This document shows, piece after piece, positions 63,023-64,000 of a stretch of DNA of 64,000 nucleotides. A model generated the notes under the pieces. That model saw only the letters and a list, made by a program, of their open reading frames with translations. It was not told the DNA's origin and ran no database searches. The stretch spans positions 218,736,001-218,800,000 of the forward strand of contig OX597814.1 of NCBI GenBank assembly GCA_951406725.2. Direction: 5' to 3'. The position numbers and the translations under genes are program-made. This stretch comes from Octopus vulgaris. Taxonomy: Eukaryota. Position 1 is the first letter of the stretch; the number at the start of each line of letters is the position of its first letter.

Positions 63023-63054
<32 letters not shown>
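62899..63054. repeat. (GT)n microsatellite
   Basis: Direct read. Confidence 0.95.
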
Positions 63055-63509
63055 AAAGAAGTTTTATGACATGAAAAACAATTATATATACATGTATAAA
63101 ACATTAAAAATATACATTAAAACAATTATTAATACGTTTACAAAGTTTTATAATACAAATTTGTTTAAACATTAATTGAAATGAAATCACTCTAATTATA
63201 TAGAAATTTTAAAAACAAAACATATTTGCATCTATTTTTGTATGTTTTCATGAATAATTTTGGGCTTCGCTTCAAAATTGTACATTTCTTATTTTTTCGA
63301 TCTAAACATGAATATTAATCAAACTGTATGCTTTCAGTTTCCTATTCTTCAATGAAGAGATTGTTTTAAGCCATTTCTCTTTCTCGGTTCGTTGTAGTTC
63401 TCAAATATAAGAATAAACTCAACCAGCTGAAAGACAGCTAACAGGGGACAACTCTATGTAATAGCGAGACTTGTATGATTAGCTACTCTTAAACTTGGAA
63501 AAAGAAAAA

Positions 63510-64000
63510 CCCATTCGTCTCTTGATTCGACGGTCATTCGGAATGCTCACAGCAGCCATATTCCTCCTGCTCTATGTCGCGCTGGTGAGACCCATATTGG
63601 AGTACGGGATTCAAGCCTCTTCTCCTTATCTCCTCAAAGACATACAGCATCTCGAAAGAGTCCAGAAGCTGGCTACCCGCATGCTTCTTGGTCTCAAGAA
63701 TTTGTCTTATGAAGAAAGGCTGAAAACGCTCGACCTTTATTCTCTAGAAAAACGACGACGCCGTGGAGATCTCATTCTTGCTCACAACATCATAAGCGGA
63801 AAGTGTAACCTCTCGAAAGAGCTGTTCTTCACTCCTGCTCCAGAGTGTCGGCTGCGGGGTCATTCCGAAAAGCTCTATCTACGACGATTTCATCTCAATC
63901 GAAGGAGAGGGGCTTTCTCCGACCGGGTTGCGGATCCGTGAAATAAGCTGCCAGACGAGATGGTGAAGATGCCGACGACCGCTCGGTTCAAAGTCTCCCT
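63510..64000 (+). mobile_element. CR1 LINE ORF2 C-terminal fragment (5'-truncated, runs off the window)
   Basis: LYVALVRPILEY...LERVQKLATRM..GL..LSYEERL..L.LYSLE.RR.RGDLI...LRGH..KL...FS.RV...*NKLP. Confidence 0.92.

Overview
AT-rich eukaryotic (metazoan) DNA with no intact host gene that I can support. It is probably a large intron or intergenic block. The SINE families and extreme microsatellite load look like an octopus or other cephalopod genome (inference). Nearly all of the long ORFs in the track are microsatellite artefacts. The window is a nested mosaic of: three abundant tRNA-derived SINE families (called A, B and C here); decayed LINEs (Dong/R4 in TAA repeats, RTE, CR1/L2); three Penelope-like element (PLE) GIY-YIG remnants; a Gypsy-type LTR family with a tRNA-Trp-like PBS; piggyBac, pogo and mariner transposase pseudogenes; hAT, pogo, mariner and Helitron non-autonomous elements; several long fold-back palindromes; and a U6 snRNA fragment. 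The most interesting observations are: (1) a PLE whose terminal repeat begins with a tRNA-like Pol III head and carries a canonical minimal hammerhead ribozyme; (2) two more hammerheads beside a second PLE, one with a compensatory U3-A8 core; (3) two unrelated SINE insertions each flanked by a 102-103 bp direct duplication; (4) three different satellites born from the head, B-box and tail of SINEs; (5) a U6-SINE chimera.
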